This document shows positions 51,016-61,329 of a stretch of 64,000 bases of DNA, in pieces. The notes below the pieces were generated by a model. It was given only the letters and a program-made list of their open reading frames with translations. It made no database searches and was not told where the DNA came from. The translations under genes and the position numbers were made by a program. The stretch spans positions 1 through 64,000 of IMG/VR virus record IMGVR_UViG_3300043384_000010. One strand, given 5' to 3'. Within the stretch, counting starts at the first letter, position 1. Each line of letters starts with the position of its first letter. This DNA comes from a virus. Taxonomy: Duplodnaviria > Caudoviricetes.

Positions 51016-52140
51016 TCAGCCGATACGCACCGGCATGATCAGGTGCCGGTACGCCGGGTCATCCTCCCCGGACGCCTCCACCTGCCCGGTGAGGACGGCC
51101 GGCTTCTGTGGCTGGGTGAACGACACCCGGACGGACGGTGTGGTAAGTGCGGCAAGCCCATCGAGCAGGAAATGCGGGTTGTACGCCTGTGTGATGTCAG
51201 GGCCGTCCATAGTGCAGTCCACGGACTCCACCGCCTGCGCGTCCTCCCCGGCGCCCGCCTCCACAGTCACAGACCCGGACGTGAACGACATCCGTGCCGG
51301 GGTGTTGCGTTCCGCGACCAGGGCGACCCTACGGACGGCGTCCGTGAGGGCCGCAACCTCCACAACCGCGCACCCGGTCGACTCGGCCGGGAACAAGGCA
51401 CGCACCTTGGGATAGTCGCCATCCACAAGCAGGGACGTGGACCGGCGGGACCCCACCTGGAATCCGACCATGCCGTTCCGGTCGTCGTCGGTAAGGGAGA
51501 GGGTCACGTCCCCGACTGCGGCGATCCCGCGGGCCACGTCGGTGAGTGTGCGCGCCCTCACGAGCGCCGAGGAAGGGACGTCGGCGCCGTTCGGTGTCCA
51601 CGGAATCTCCCGCAACGCCAGCCGGTACCGGTCGGTCGCCATCAGGGTGAGTTTCCCGCCGTCGATCTCGACCAGCATCCCCGTCAGAATCGGGAGGGTT
51701 TCGTCCTTCGATGCGGCTACCGCCACCTGGGCGACTGCATGCGCGAACACCGGCCCCGCGACGACACCCACATCTGGGGGCATGTCCGGCAGTGTCGGGT
51801 ACTCACCTACCGGCATCGTGAGGAGCGTGAACTTCGACGCCCCACACTTGATCGTCACCCGGGACCCGTCCAACATCATGTCGACGGGACGGTTCGGGAT
51901 GGCTTTCGCGATCTCCGCGAGCAGCCGACCGGACACGAGGACGGTCCCCGACTGTAGGACGTCGGCGGGGGCATCGACCCGCGCCGACGTCTCGTAGTCG
52001 AATGCGGACAGGCTCAGGGTTCCGTCCTCGGCGGTCAAGTGCATACCAGCCAGGACAGGCATGGCGGCCTTCGATGGGAGCGTCTTCGCCGCCCACGCGA
52101 CAGCGTCAGCGAACACGTCACGCTCGATACGGATCTTCAC
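51016..52140 (-). CDS. dnaN: DNA polymerase III beta sliding clamp
   Basis: AFDYETSA, LVSGRLLAEIAK, ATDRYRLA, GDYPKVRALFP, YNPHFLLDGL, LIMPVR. Confidence 0.97.
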   Translation of the reverse strand: MKIRIERDVFADAVAWAAKTLPSKAAMPVLAGMHLTAEDGTLSLSAFDYETSARVDAPADVLQSGTVLVSGRLLAEIAKAIPNRPVDMMLDGSRVTIKCGASKFTLLTMPVGEYPTLPDMPPDVGVVAGPVFAHAVAQVAVAASKDETLPILTGMLVEIDGGKLTLMATDRYRLALREIPWTPNGADVPSSALVRARTLTDVARGIAAVGDVTLSLTDDDRNGMVGFQVGSRRSTSLLVDGDYPKVRALFPAESTGCAVVEVAALTDAVRRVALVAERNTPARMSFTSGSVTVEAGAGEDAQAVESVDCTMDGPDITQAYNPHFLLDGLAALTTPSVRVSFTQPQKPAVLTGQVEASGEDDPAYRHLIMPVRIG

Positions 52141-52310
52141 AGGGACACCTCACCATCAGCGATCAGGTCGAACAGGGACGGGTCCTGGGCGGTGTCCTCG
52201 TCCACCGCAGCCAGGTTTTTGACGGCCTGTTGGTAGTAGGACGGTTTCAGTTCGGCGCCGACCCCCTTCCGGCCCAACTCGACCGCCGCATACGGCTGGC
52301 CAGGACACAC
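52137..52310 (-). pseudogene. C-terminal remnant of an amino (N4/N6) DNA methyltransferase
   Basis: YAAVELGRKGVGAELKPSYYQQAVKNL with no upstream catalytic domain. Confidence 0.65.
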
Positions 52311-52868
52311 CCGTGTCCGTCGGTGGCCACCACGGCCCGCAGGCACCCGCAGCAGGCGTACCCGTACTCCCGGTCCGCAGCCTCAAGTACGGCCAAGGAG
52401 GCGGTCAGGTGCGCGGGGGTGGGACGAGCCGCAACCTCGCCCCGGTCGGGACGTCAGGCGCCACCGGGGGCGTCCACCAGGGGCGCGCCCACTGATACAG
52501 GGCGTCCATGTCGAGGTCCGGGAACACGGCGGCCAGCACCCCGCCCTTGCCGGCATGCGGGGCGTCCGTGAACACCGCGGACCGCATCCGGGCCATACTG
52601 CCGCCGTCCGGGAACGCCGCCCCCACCAGCGCGCCCGGGGGGACCTCGTCGCCGCCGTTACGGCCCAACACGTCCAGGTCGATCGCCCACGAGAGCGCGA
52701 CCCCGAGAGGCATGACGTCCGCGAACGTCCTGCCCTCCACGACGCTGTACCGGGGTAGTGCCATCGTCCACACCCGGGTCAGGTGGCCGACCCTCCGGGC
52801 ATGCTCGACGAGACGCATCCTGTCGGTGGCCAGTGGTATCGACGGCGCGGCATGGACCGCCACCACGG

Positions 52869-53543
52869 TCACCGGGGTGGCCTTTCGCGCATGCCCTTGA
52901 CGGCGCCCTCAGGTCGGTCATCTCGACTGTCGATGTCGACCCACGCGCCCGGCGGCGTCCAGCCCCGGTCGACCGCGTTCCGGGACGCCGCATCCGACGG
53001 CCCCGGGCACAACCACAGTCCGCGGTACAGGCCGCGGATAGCGGCGTCCATCCGGGCAGACACACCCACATACCGGCCGGATTGGACGTGAGAAACCGTC
53101 GAGCAGGACACCCCGAGACGCGCCGCGAGATCCCTGGTCGACCACCCCTGCCAGGCGAGACCCTGCAACCTGCGCCGGGCAGGCCACGCAGGGAGTTTCC
53201 CGACTCGCGGCCTACGGACCGGACCGGCGAGGACGATCCTCGCCGTCCCGACACCGGGCAGGGAGTCGCGGACACCCACGTACCGTTCGATGATCTCTTT
53301 CGTGAGGCCGTAGGCGTCGGCGACCGCCGTGCAGGACCATCCGTCGTCCACGAGTTGTTGGATGACGCGCTGTGCCGCCTGGCGGATACGGAGGCTCGTC
53401 GCGGTGGGGATCTTCCCTGCCCGCCACATTTTGGCCATTTTGAGGCGGCCGGGACGGCAGCATGGGCCGTCGCAGTTTGTCCAAGTGGAGTGTTTGCGGC
53501 GCCTGCATTCCTGTGGTCTGGCGTTGATCGGTTCGGCGGTCAT
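52869..53543 (-). CDS. HTH-containing phage protein
   Basis: Two HTH-like segments; RRRLQGLAWQGWSTRDLAARLGV. Confidence 0.6.
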   Translation of the reverse strand: MTAEPINARPQECRRRKHSTWTNCDGPCCRPGRLKMAKMWRAGKIPTATSLRIRQAAQRVIQQLVDDGWSCTAVADAYGLTKEIIERYVGVRDSLPGVGTARIVLAGPVRRPRVGKLPAWPARRRLQGLAWQGWSTRDLAARLGVSCSTVSHVQSGRYVGVSARMDAAIRGLYRGLWLCPGPSDAASRNAVDRGWTPPGAWVDIDSRDDRPEGAVKGMRERPPR

Positions 53544-53796
53544 GACGCGGCGTCCCGTGCGTGGCGGGTGACCGGGTCACGTTCCACCGCCGGTTTCGGT
53601 GACGGGGCGATCCCCAGCATCTGCAACGCCCCCGCCAGGTCATCCCACGTGCTGGTGTCGGAGCGTTGCCACGCCTCGACGAGAGCGATCCCTGCCCGCC
53701 GCTTGTCCGCCTCGGATGGGTCGACGACCCGCTGGGACATGAGGTCTCCGTCGGTGCCGACCTGCGATTTCGGGATCACCCGGCCGTCCGCCCGGC

Positions 53797-54327
53797 TCAC
53801 CGCGGGCCCCCAGTCGCAGCCAGTGCGGCACCCATCCGGGCGATCCTGGGGGCGGCGATGGACACGTCCCATGCGCTCCGGCAGTGCCTGATCGTCGCGG
53901 ACTGGCCCGCCTTCCGGTTGAGCCCGCCCCGCCGCTCCGCGTCGGTTACGAGCCCGTCCGGGTAGCTGGCTAGCAGCCCGGACCCGTTCCCGCCCGGCGG
54001 GACCACGACGGCGGCCGGGAACTCCAGGAGGATGGCGCCGAGGACGATCCCGGCCCCGATGATCGCTGATGGGTCGGTGAGACCCAGGTGGGGGCACGGC
54101 TTCTTTACGCCCTCAACGGCCACCTCAGCCAAGCCCATGAGGTTCGCGGCCTTCACGGCCATGGCCATCACATCGTTGAGGTAGTCGGCGGTGACGGTGG
54201 ACGGGTCGCCCTGCCGGTAGTACCAGTTGGTGACGACCTCTGCGAGGAGGAGGGCTGTCCCGTCCCGGAGGATGACCCCGGTCTCCTTGGCGCCCGGGTC
54301 GATCCCGACCCACATGTGGCCGTTCAC
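53797..54327 (-). CDS. RuvC-like Holliday junction resolvase
   Basis: VGIDPGAKETG, VAVEG. Confidence 0.7.
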   Translation of the reverse strand: MNGHMWVGIDPGAKETGVILRDGTALLLAEVVTNWYYRQGDPSTVTADYLNDVMAMAVKAANLMGLAEVAVEGVKKPCPHLGLTDPSAIIGAGIVLGAILLEFPAAVVVPPGGNGSGLLASYPDGLVTDAERRGGLNRKAGQSATIRHCRSAWDVSIAAPRIARMGAALAATGGPR

Positions 54328-54858
54328 GCGGCACCCCCTCGACGCCAGCGGGTGGCCACCGTCGAGTTGTGCCTGTTGTCGTGCTCTCCGCAGCGAACCC
54401 CGTTCGCTGCGGCGACGGCAGCGTGGTCATCGCACACGTACGCGACCCGCAGCCCACCACCAGGGCAGGACAGGATCACATCCCACACTGCGGGGGAGCC
54501 GCACGGGACAGGGACGTACTCCGGGCTGATCTCCCGCAGGGAGCACGTCACGGCGGGTTCCAGGAGTTGCCCGAATGGGCTGAGGTAGGTGTCGAGTAGG
54601 TCCATGGTTATGCCCCCCACGGGTCGTCTAGTGGCTGGTCGAGGCCGAGCCTCGCCAGTGATGCGGCAGCCCGGTCTTCTGCCTGCGCGGCGCGTTCCGC
54701 GGCGTCCACACAGGAGGCGCATCCGTCGCCTGCGCCTGGGGCGTCGAGGATCCGACGCAATTCCTGCAGGTGCGCGTGGTTGAGGCGGCCAGCCACCAGG
54801 AGGCCATGCTCGACGCCCTCCACCACCCGCAGCACCTCCCCGAGCTTCTCGGCGTCGG

Positions 54859-55224
54859 TCAACAGGCACGCATCCTCAGGTAGATGTTCTGTCCGCCCTG
54901 GACCATGACGGTCCGGACCTCCCCGTGCGGGAGACCCATGGCGGTCTCCCGGGACACCACCGACGCGGGCAGTCCCGTCGGCAGGACCTCCCCGATGTCC
55001 GCGCCATACCAGGCGACAAGGTCGAGGAGCGTCCCGATCCTGGGCTGCCTGTCGGCGCGCTCCCACGATCCGACCGCATATTGCGTCCAAACGCCGCCTG
55101 ATTTCTCCTCCACCTCGGCGCGGGACATGTTCCGCTGTTGGCGGATCAGCCTCAGCCGCCGCCCAACCTCGGCGGCGCGCTCCTTGTCGCGCACGGCGGC
55201 TGCGACCTCTTCGGCGGTGGCCAT
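54859..55224 (-). CDS. XRE HTH resembling the BldD DNA-binding domain
   Basis: GRRLRLIRQQRNMSRAEVEEKSGGVWTQYAVGSWERADR...LVAWYGADIGEVLP. Confidence 0.75.
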   Translation of the reverse strand: MATAEEVAAAVRDKERAAEVGRRLRLIRQQRNMSRAEVEEKSGGVWTQYAVGSWERADRQPRIGTLLDLVAWYGADIGEVLPTGLPASVVSRETAMGLPHGEVRTVMVQGGQNIYLRMRAC

Positions 55225-55339
55225 CAGGCGCTCACCTCAGACAGTGCCCGCAGCGGCCAGTCGCCGCACACGTCATCGGCTGGCTTTCCTACGCTCCGCA
55301 GGTAGGCCGCGAACGACGCCTGCCGTTCCGCATTCCAGC

Positions 55340-55918
55340 TCACGACTGGACCTCAGACATGTCCACGGTGACCTTCGCGGTCAGGGCGCCCGGCTTCACC
55401 CGGATCCCGGGGACAACCTCCCCGGATGAGGTGTCGATGACCTGACCGTCGTCGGTCGCGGTGAGTGCCCGCTTGGCGTCGCCGAGGGCGAACCGCTCCT
55501 CAACCTTGACCAGCTCCGGCCGGTGGGCCAGAGCCCACGTGATGGCCATGTCGGTGTCAACTTCCCAGCCCCCTCCCACGGTGGTGGTCCGGATCGTCGC
55601 GTATGGGGTGCTGACCGACTTCTGTCGCCCCCCGGACTGCTCCCGGACCCACAGGGCATAGTCGGTGAGGAGATGCTCGAAGAACGCGGCGTCCCGGGCC
55701 AGTGCCTCGTCCCGTGCGGCACCCCACGCCTGCGCCCGCTCCACCTCAGCGGCCACGACAGCGGCGATCTCCCGGCGCCTGAGCTGCACATCCCGGAGCT
55801 TCCGGCTCGCCCACACGGCCTTGCCGAGGACGTCAACCCGGAACCCTTCCCGATCCGCATCGGTGACGGGGACCTCGTACAGGTCCGGAGCCGACGTCAG
55901 ATCATCCACGGCGGTCAT
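55340..55918 (-). CDS. Mu Gam-like DNA end-protection protein
   Basis: A.WA.RKL...FFEHLLTDY...KSVSTPYATIRT. Confidence 0.75.
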   Translation of the reverse strand: MTAVDDLTSAPDLYEVPVTDADREGFRVDVLGKAVWASRKLRDVQLRRREIAAVVAAEVERAQAWGAARDEALARDAAFFEHLLTDYALWVREQSGGRQKSVSTPYATIRTTTVGGGWEVDTDMAITWALAHRPELVKVEERFALGDAKRALTATDDGQVIDTSSGEVVPGIRVKPGALTAKVTVDMSEVQS

Positions 55919-56937
55919 GCCGCACCCGCCAGAGCCTCAGTCTTGGACCGCAGCGACTCCAGGACAGCCCGCAGGCCATCCATGTCTGACGTGTCACCGA
56001 TCCGCTCACCCCCGTGGGCTTTACCCCAGTCCTCGGCGACCTGATCCTTCGTGACGTTCACTGCGGCGCAGGCGTCACCGATCTGCGCGAGCAGAAGCGC
56101 CTTCGGATCGACCACCTTCACCCCAGAGTGCTGCCGATCCCCAACCTGCGCGTCCCTCAGGCCGAGGTCACGCCACAGTTTGTCGACCATGAACTTGGGG
56201 AGTGGGATCCGCTCCGGGATGTTCATGCGGGTCGTCCGAACCCCGGTCAGGTACGCCTTGCCGCGCTCCGGCATCTGCACGATCCCGCCCACGTCGTACG
56301 GGAGGGACTTCTCGGCCTTCACCTTGAGCCCCTTCGACCCGTCCCGGGCGGGCTGCCCGTTGACCATCACGGCGACCTCCTCCAACCGTGCCGTCACCAG
56401 TGAGGGGCCCTGGTGGGCGCGGATGGCGTCCATGACGTTCGCCCACCGCCCCTTCGCGACGTTCCACAGGTCCATGTGGATGTCGGCCTCATCGGCGGGC
56501 GCTGGACGGTTCGCCTTCCGGGCCTTCTCCGCAGCCCGTCGGTTCGCCGCGTCCTGCGCCATGTCGCACAGGAGATCCCACAGGCGGGTCATCGAGTCGA
56601 CGACGATCAGGTTGGGTTTCCCGTCCACCTGCGGCTGTTGGGTGGCCCATTCGACGGCGGCGAGGATGTCCCGGTAGGTGCCGTCATGTTCGACGATCTC
56701 GAAGTTGGCGCCAGTGACGTTGCCGTACTCGTCGGGGTCGTCCTCGCCGATGCCGATCCACAGGGTGCGGCCGATCAGGTCGGACCCGGACGCCTGAGCG
56801 CATGAGTAGCTCTTGCCGCTCTTCTCTGCGCCTGCGAGGAGGAGGATCGGCCAGGATGGGAGGCCGGTGGGGCGGCGGGTGCGGCGGTCCCGTTGACGGG
56901 CCAGCGCTGCCGCTGGCGCTGCGGTGGTGACGGTCAC
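55915..56937 (-). CDS. Sak4-like AAA recombination ATPase
   Basis: Walker A LLAGAEKSGKS, Walker B IVVDS; adjacent to Gam. Confidence 0.75.
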   Translation of the reverse strand: MTVTTAAPAAALARQRDRRTRRPTGLPSWPILLLAGAEKSGKSYSCAQASGSDLIGRTLWIGIGEDDPDEYGNVTGANFEIVEHDGTYRDILAAVEWATQQPQVDGKPNLIVVDSMTRLWDLLCDMAQDAANRRAAEKARKANRPAPADEADIHMDLWNVAKGRWANVMDAIRAHQGPSLVTARLEEVAVMVNGQPARDGSKGLKVKAEKSLPYDVGGIVQMPERGKAYLTGVRTTRMNIPERIPLPKFMVDKLWRDLGLRDAQVGDRQHSGVKVVDPKALLLAQIGDACAAVNVTKDQVAEDWGKAHGGERIGDTSDMDGLRAVLESLRSKTEALAGAA

Positions 56938-57479
56938 GACTGGTCTCCTCGGATGGTGACGTACGGGGTGAGGGGACGGCATGGGACGTACACCCATGTG
57001 CCGTCGGGGGTGCGGCCGCTGTATTCCCGGCCATGCAGCTCCTCGGCGGCGTTGATCTCGGTGGCGTGGAGGTCTCGGAGGATGCGGGCTGCGTCCCGCG
57101 ATGGGCGGGTGTCCTGTAGGGAGATGACCTGGACCCCGGTGCCGCCGAGGTAGGCCACGGTGTGACCGGCGGCGCGGAGCCGCATCGCCGTGGTGGCGGC
57201 GGTCACCGGGTGACCCCGGTCCGGTCCGTCTGGTGACGTCCGGGCGTGGGGCGGTCTCCGGTCTTGGCTGGTCCGTCCGCGCGGTGTTCAGGTCGGGACG
57301 CCTGCGTGAACCAGGGTCCGGTGGCGCTGGTGGTGTCGGTCATGGGATGCTTCCTCCTGAGGTGGTTCGGAAGAGGGCTGTGGCGGTCCTTGGAGGGGTC
57401 CTGGTTGAGGCGGTAGGTCGCCTCCTGGGGCCCCTCCTGCCGTACCGGGGGCGTGTTGCGTTGTACCGCCATCATACCG

Positions 57480-57650
57480 CTACGGAGCGACACCTTCTAG
57501 AGACACACCGTGTGTAATCGCAGGTCACAGCCCGTGACCGGTATGCGCGTCAAGTCCGGTATGCTTGACCCGCCGCCCCCCTCCGCGCCACCATGCAAGG
57601 GATTATCCCGTCACAACCACAGGCCGAACCGCCACGGAGGCGAAACCAAA
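57480..57650. promoter_or_regulatory. Divergent immunity/switch region
   Basis: Strand switch; CCGGTATGC x2, GTCAC-N5-GTGAC, ACACACCGTGTGT, TTGACCCG at 57565. Confidence 0.6.
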
Positions 57651-57651
57651 C

Positions 57652-58098
57652 GTGCCCACGAACCACCCGAATAGCCCAACCTGGCGGCGCATCGAAGACG
57701 TCCCCCGCGGGTCTGCATGGCAACGCCTCGGGAAGGCAGCCAACGAACGACTCCGCCTACTCCGGGCATCGGGAACCCGGATCAGCCAAGAAAACCTCAG
57801 CGCGGACGGCGGTCCCTCTGGCGCATGGTTCAGACGCATGTGCAACACCGGCCAGCCCCTCGCCACCCCATTCGTGGAGGGCATCGAGAAGTCCATCGGC
57901 TGGCCCGCAGGGCAAGCCCTCAAGATCCTCAATGGGGGCGCAGATGACGCACCCCTGCCCACCCAGGACGACACCCTCAACCTGGTGTTCCCGCCAGACA
58001 CACTCCCGGACGACCCCAACGACAGAGAGGACGTCCGCATCGCCGCCTACCGGGCCGCGTCCGCCCGGGTCGCCGAGCTGCGCAGGGACGGCACCTGA
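57652..58098 (+). CDS. Immunity repressor-like XRE protein
   Basis: WQRLG...SQENLSADGGPS...IEKSIGWPAGQALKILNGG; GGAGG RBS. Confidence 0.75.
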   Translation: MPTNHPNSPTWRRIEDVPRGSAWQRLGKAANERLRLLRASGTRISQENLSADGGPSGAWFRRMCNTGQPLATPFVEGIEKSIGWPAGQALKILNGGADDAPLPTQDDTLNLVFPPDTLPDDPNDREDVRIAAYRAASARVAELRRDGT

Positions 58099-58592
58099 CC
58101 AGGGCGCGTCGCCGTCAGTCGCCTCCCGTCACCCGGGGTAGTGTCCACCCGTGCGCCGCTCCGACAGCGGCCCCGGACGAAGGAGCACCCCCGTGGACGA
58201 CGACGGACACGACAACATCCCCGCCCCCCTGGTATTCGTGTGGGACGCGGCAGGGGAGACCCTCGACGTCGTCCCCGGATGCCTCGCAGGCCTAACGATG
58301 GTCGACGGGGCCGCGCTGGAGGACGCCACTGCACGGGCCGTCACCCGGATCAGCGAGGCGAACCCCCCCACCAAGTCTCGGTGATGCCTACCGATCATCC
58401 CGGGATGGTCACGGGATACGGCCCGGCCGCCCTATTCTGGGTCGTGCTTGTAATTGCTGGGGTCGCGGTCGCCTTGTGGCGGCCCTGGCGCCCGCGCTGA
58501 CTGCATGGCCTCCCCGACGGTGGGCGGGAGGAATCCACCCGTCCCGGCACAGATACCGGGACGGGCAACCGACTGGAAGGACCCCTCATCCC

Positions 58593-59210
58593 GTGTTCCG
58601 CAACAAGATCGCCGTCGTCGTCGCTGCTCTCGCTGTCGTCGCCGCTGGTGTCGGTGTCGCCGGGTACGCGTCCGCGACCGCGAAGGCGGGCCCGAACGTG
58701 TGCCGCGCCAAGTCCGACGACAGCCTCCACGCCCGGTCTGTCTGTCAGTCGGGCGAGGTGCCGTTCAGTGTCGCCGGGAAGGGCGCCAAGGGTGACCCGG
58801 GCGTCCAGGGCCCGGACGGCCCCGCGGGCAAGGACGGCGACAACGCCATCAAGGTCACCAGCAGCACGATCACGCTGAACGCGGACTTCACCAACGCTGG
58901 CTCTGAGGCTGGTATCGACCCGGCGAAGATCCCCGCCGGTCACGTGTGCCGTTACCTCACCATCTCCGGGCTGCCTGCCTACTCCAGCACGGTGTCCGAG
59001 CTGGAGTTCGACAACTCTGGAAGCGCTGACGTGTCCGGGGCGTCGGTCATCGTTCGCAACGTCGGCGATGCGGCCGGGGTGAACACGCTGCCCAAGGTCC
59101 CGGGGCAGACCGCCGGGACGGCCACACGGAAGTTCGAGGTGTGCGGCAAGGACTTCGTCCAGCAGCGTTCCTTCACCGTGCGCGCCTCGGTGCTGAGCAT
59201 CGTCGGCTGA
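58593..59210 (+). CDS. Secreted protein with a short collagen-like segment
   Basis: Signal peptide ending AGYASA; GKGAKGDPGVQGPDGPAGKDG. Confidence 0.75.
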   Translation: MFRNKIAVVVAALAVVAAGVGVAGYASATAKAGPNVCRAKSDDSLHARSVCQSGEVPFSVAGKGAKGDPGVQGPDGPAGKDGDNAIKVTSSTITLNADFTNAGSEAGIDPAKIPAGHVCRYLTISGLPAYSSTVSELEFDNSGSADVSGASVIVRNVGDAAGVNTLPKVPGQTAGTATRKFEVCGKDFVQQRSFTVRASVLSIVG

Positions 59211-59369
59211 CCTTCCCTACCGGCTGGCACTTGGGGGGCCGTCACCTTCGGGTGGCGGCCCCCAACTGTCGTCGGACGTGGGGTCCGGGGCGGCCAGTTG
59301 ATGGCCGTAAGGGCCCGGAGCCGCTCCCCACGATGCGTGAGGTTGCGGTGTCATGCCGGGCTAGTCCGG

Positions 59370-59401
59370 TTGACCCGCCACGGGTGTGGGGCGTAGACTC
59401 T
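59370..59401 (+). promoter_or_regulatory. Conserved promoter, copy D
   Basis: TTGACCCGccacgggtgtgGGGCGTAGACTCT; ATG 59406 lies 6 nt after the -10. Confidence 0.85.
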
Positions 59402-59992
59402 ACGCATGACGCCAGCCGCTGCCGTGTTCCGGGCCAACACACTGACCCACCCGAACCGTGCCCGCCACGACGGCCGACAGGTCGCCGAAATCGTGGACCA
59501 CCGCGGAGTCTCCCCCGCGCTGGCGGCTCTCGACCCGCGGCGCCCCAGCCCGGCAGACCACGTCAGGTATGGCGTCCGTTTCGCCGGGGGGTCCTGGGAC
59601 CAAGACGGGTCGACCTGGGCCACCCCCAGGGAGATCGGCCGGACCACCTAACCACCCGACAGGAGACAACTGATGCCCGAGGATCATCCCCCCGCAGACC
59701 CCTACCGGCACCTCCGGGTGTTCGCCGCAGCCGTCATCATCAACGTCCGGGAAGGGCTCGACGAGGACGCCACATATACGGGGACCGCCCTGAACGTCCA
59801 CCTGACCGGGCTGGCGAACGGGGTACTCTCCGGGACCGCCGAACTCCCCGAGTTCAAGGGGGTGAACTAGTGATCATCGGCGCGGCCGTCCTTGGCCTAA
59901 CATTCGCCTACTACATCGTGAAGGACCTGGCCGGAAAGGGCTGACCCGCCCCACCTTTGACCATCAGCCAACCAAAGGAAGGGAAGCAAGCA

Positions 59993-60469
59993 ATGCGCAA
60001 CCGTGAGAGAACCCCCTGGTACGAATCCGACAACCCTGGGGCTTTCACCCGGGGTGCCGGATGGCGCGCCGGACTCATCATCGTCGCAACCGTCGCGTTC
60101 TTCATCCTCCTCGGCGCCGGCATCTGGGCGTTCGCGGTCGCCACCTCCGACGTTAAGGGCCGTGGGGACGCCACCCGCACCGTCAACTCCGGCGACAATC
60201 GCCTCGCCCAACAGGCGTACTTCGAGCAGACCTATGCGGACATCAAGGCCGCCGACCGGAAGTTGGACCAGCTTGCCGCCGACAAGGCGTCGAAGGTTGA
60301 TGGCGCCGACATTCGCTACTCCGGGGCCGTCAACTACTGCCAAGGCCTAGTCGGCGACTACGACGCTGCCGCCCGCAAGCAGGTTGCCGCGAAGTTCCGC
60401 GCCGTCGACCTGCCAGCATCCATCGACCAGACCGACCCCACCAGCGACTGCAAGGAGTCCTCGAAGTGA
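59993..60469 (+). CDS. Single-pass membrane protein
   Basis: TM AGLIIVATVAFFILLGAGIWAF followed by a helical domain. Confidence 0.75.
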   Translation: MRNRERTPWYESDNPGAFTRGAGWRAGLIIVATVAFFILLGAGIWAFAVATSDVKGRGDATRTVNSGDNRLAQQAYFEQTYADIKAADRKLDQLAADKASKVDGADIRYSGAVNYCQGLVGDYDAAARKQVAAKFRAVDLPASIDQTDPTSDCKESSK

Positions 60470-61011
60470 ACGCACGCCGCACCGCCGCCACCGCCATCTC
60501 TCTCATCGCAGCCATCGGCATCCTCACCGCGTGCGCCGGCAGTGCCCCAAAGTCCAGCGCCCAGAAGCAGGGGCAGGAGCAGACCGAGACCGCATTCAAG
60601 CAGCAGTCGGCCGCTGTCCCCTACCCGGCATCCCAACTCACCGACAGCCTGGAGCGCCGCAACATCAGGGAGCGCCTCCTACGCCAGAACAAGCCCAACA
60701 CGATTGGTTACGTGTACGTGCTCGGCATGAACGGCACCTACGTCGGCTACTACGCGATCAAGGGGAAGGTGTCGTCCACCCAGTCCCAGATGACGACCAC
60801 CGACCTCATTCAGTCCTGCGGACAGGGCAGCAGCTACTCGTGCGCGGTCACGGTCCCGGCGCCCGGCGACGACGGCTCCTACGGCCAGAACGAGCCCGGG
60901 ATCTTCTTCTTCACGACGGAGAACGTGATGGTCACGACGTCGATGGACTACATCGCCTCCGACCAGCCGCTACCGGTGAACGCGCCGAATCTGAACCCGA
61001 CGAAGCCCTGA
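60466..61011 (+). CDS. Lipoprotein
   Basis: Lipobox LTAC; coupled to the upstream membrane gene. Confidence 0.8.
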   Translation: MNARRTAATAISLIAAIGILTACAGSAPKSSAQKQGQEQTETAFKQQSAAVPYPASQLTDSLERRNIRERLLRQNKPNTIGYVYVLGMNGTYVGYYAIKGKVSSTQSQMTTTDLIQSCGQGSSYSCAVTVPAPGDDGSYGQNEPGIFFFTTENVMVTTSMDYIASDQPLPVNAPNLNPTKP

Positions 61012-61083
61012 CCCCTCTAGGTCGCCGTGCGGGGGCACGGCGCCCCCTCATCCGCCACTCCAGGAAAGGACCAGCACGCCGCC

Positions 61084-61329
61084 ATGGACACCACCCTTCG
61101 TCCTGAGCCGGGGCAGATCTGGGACCAGAAGCCCACCGCGGGCATGATCCGGGACCGTGTCACCCGGACCGTTCGGGTTGAATCCGTCGACATCCGGTGG
61201 GTGTACGTCGCCCCAGCCGAGGGGAAGGGGCGACGCACGCACGTCGAGATCCCGAGCTTCCTCCGGAAGTTCACCCTCCGTCCACACTACGTCGACCCTG
61301 ACGTCCCGGCACCCGCTGACACCAACTGA
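61084..61329 (+). CDS. Small SH3-like hypothetical protein
   Basis: PGQIWDQK...RTVRVESV; GGAAAGG RBS. Confidence 0.55.
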   Translation: MDTTLRPEPGQIWDQKPTAGMIRDRVTRTVRVESVDIRWVYVAPAEGKGRRTHVEIPSFLRKFTLRPHYVDPDVPAPADTN

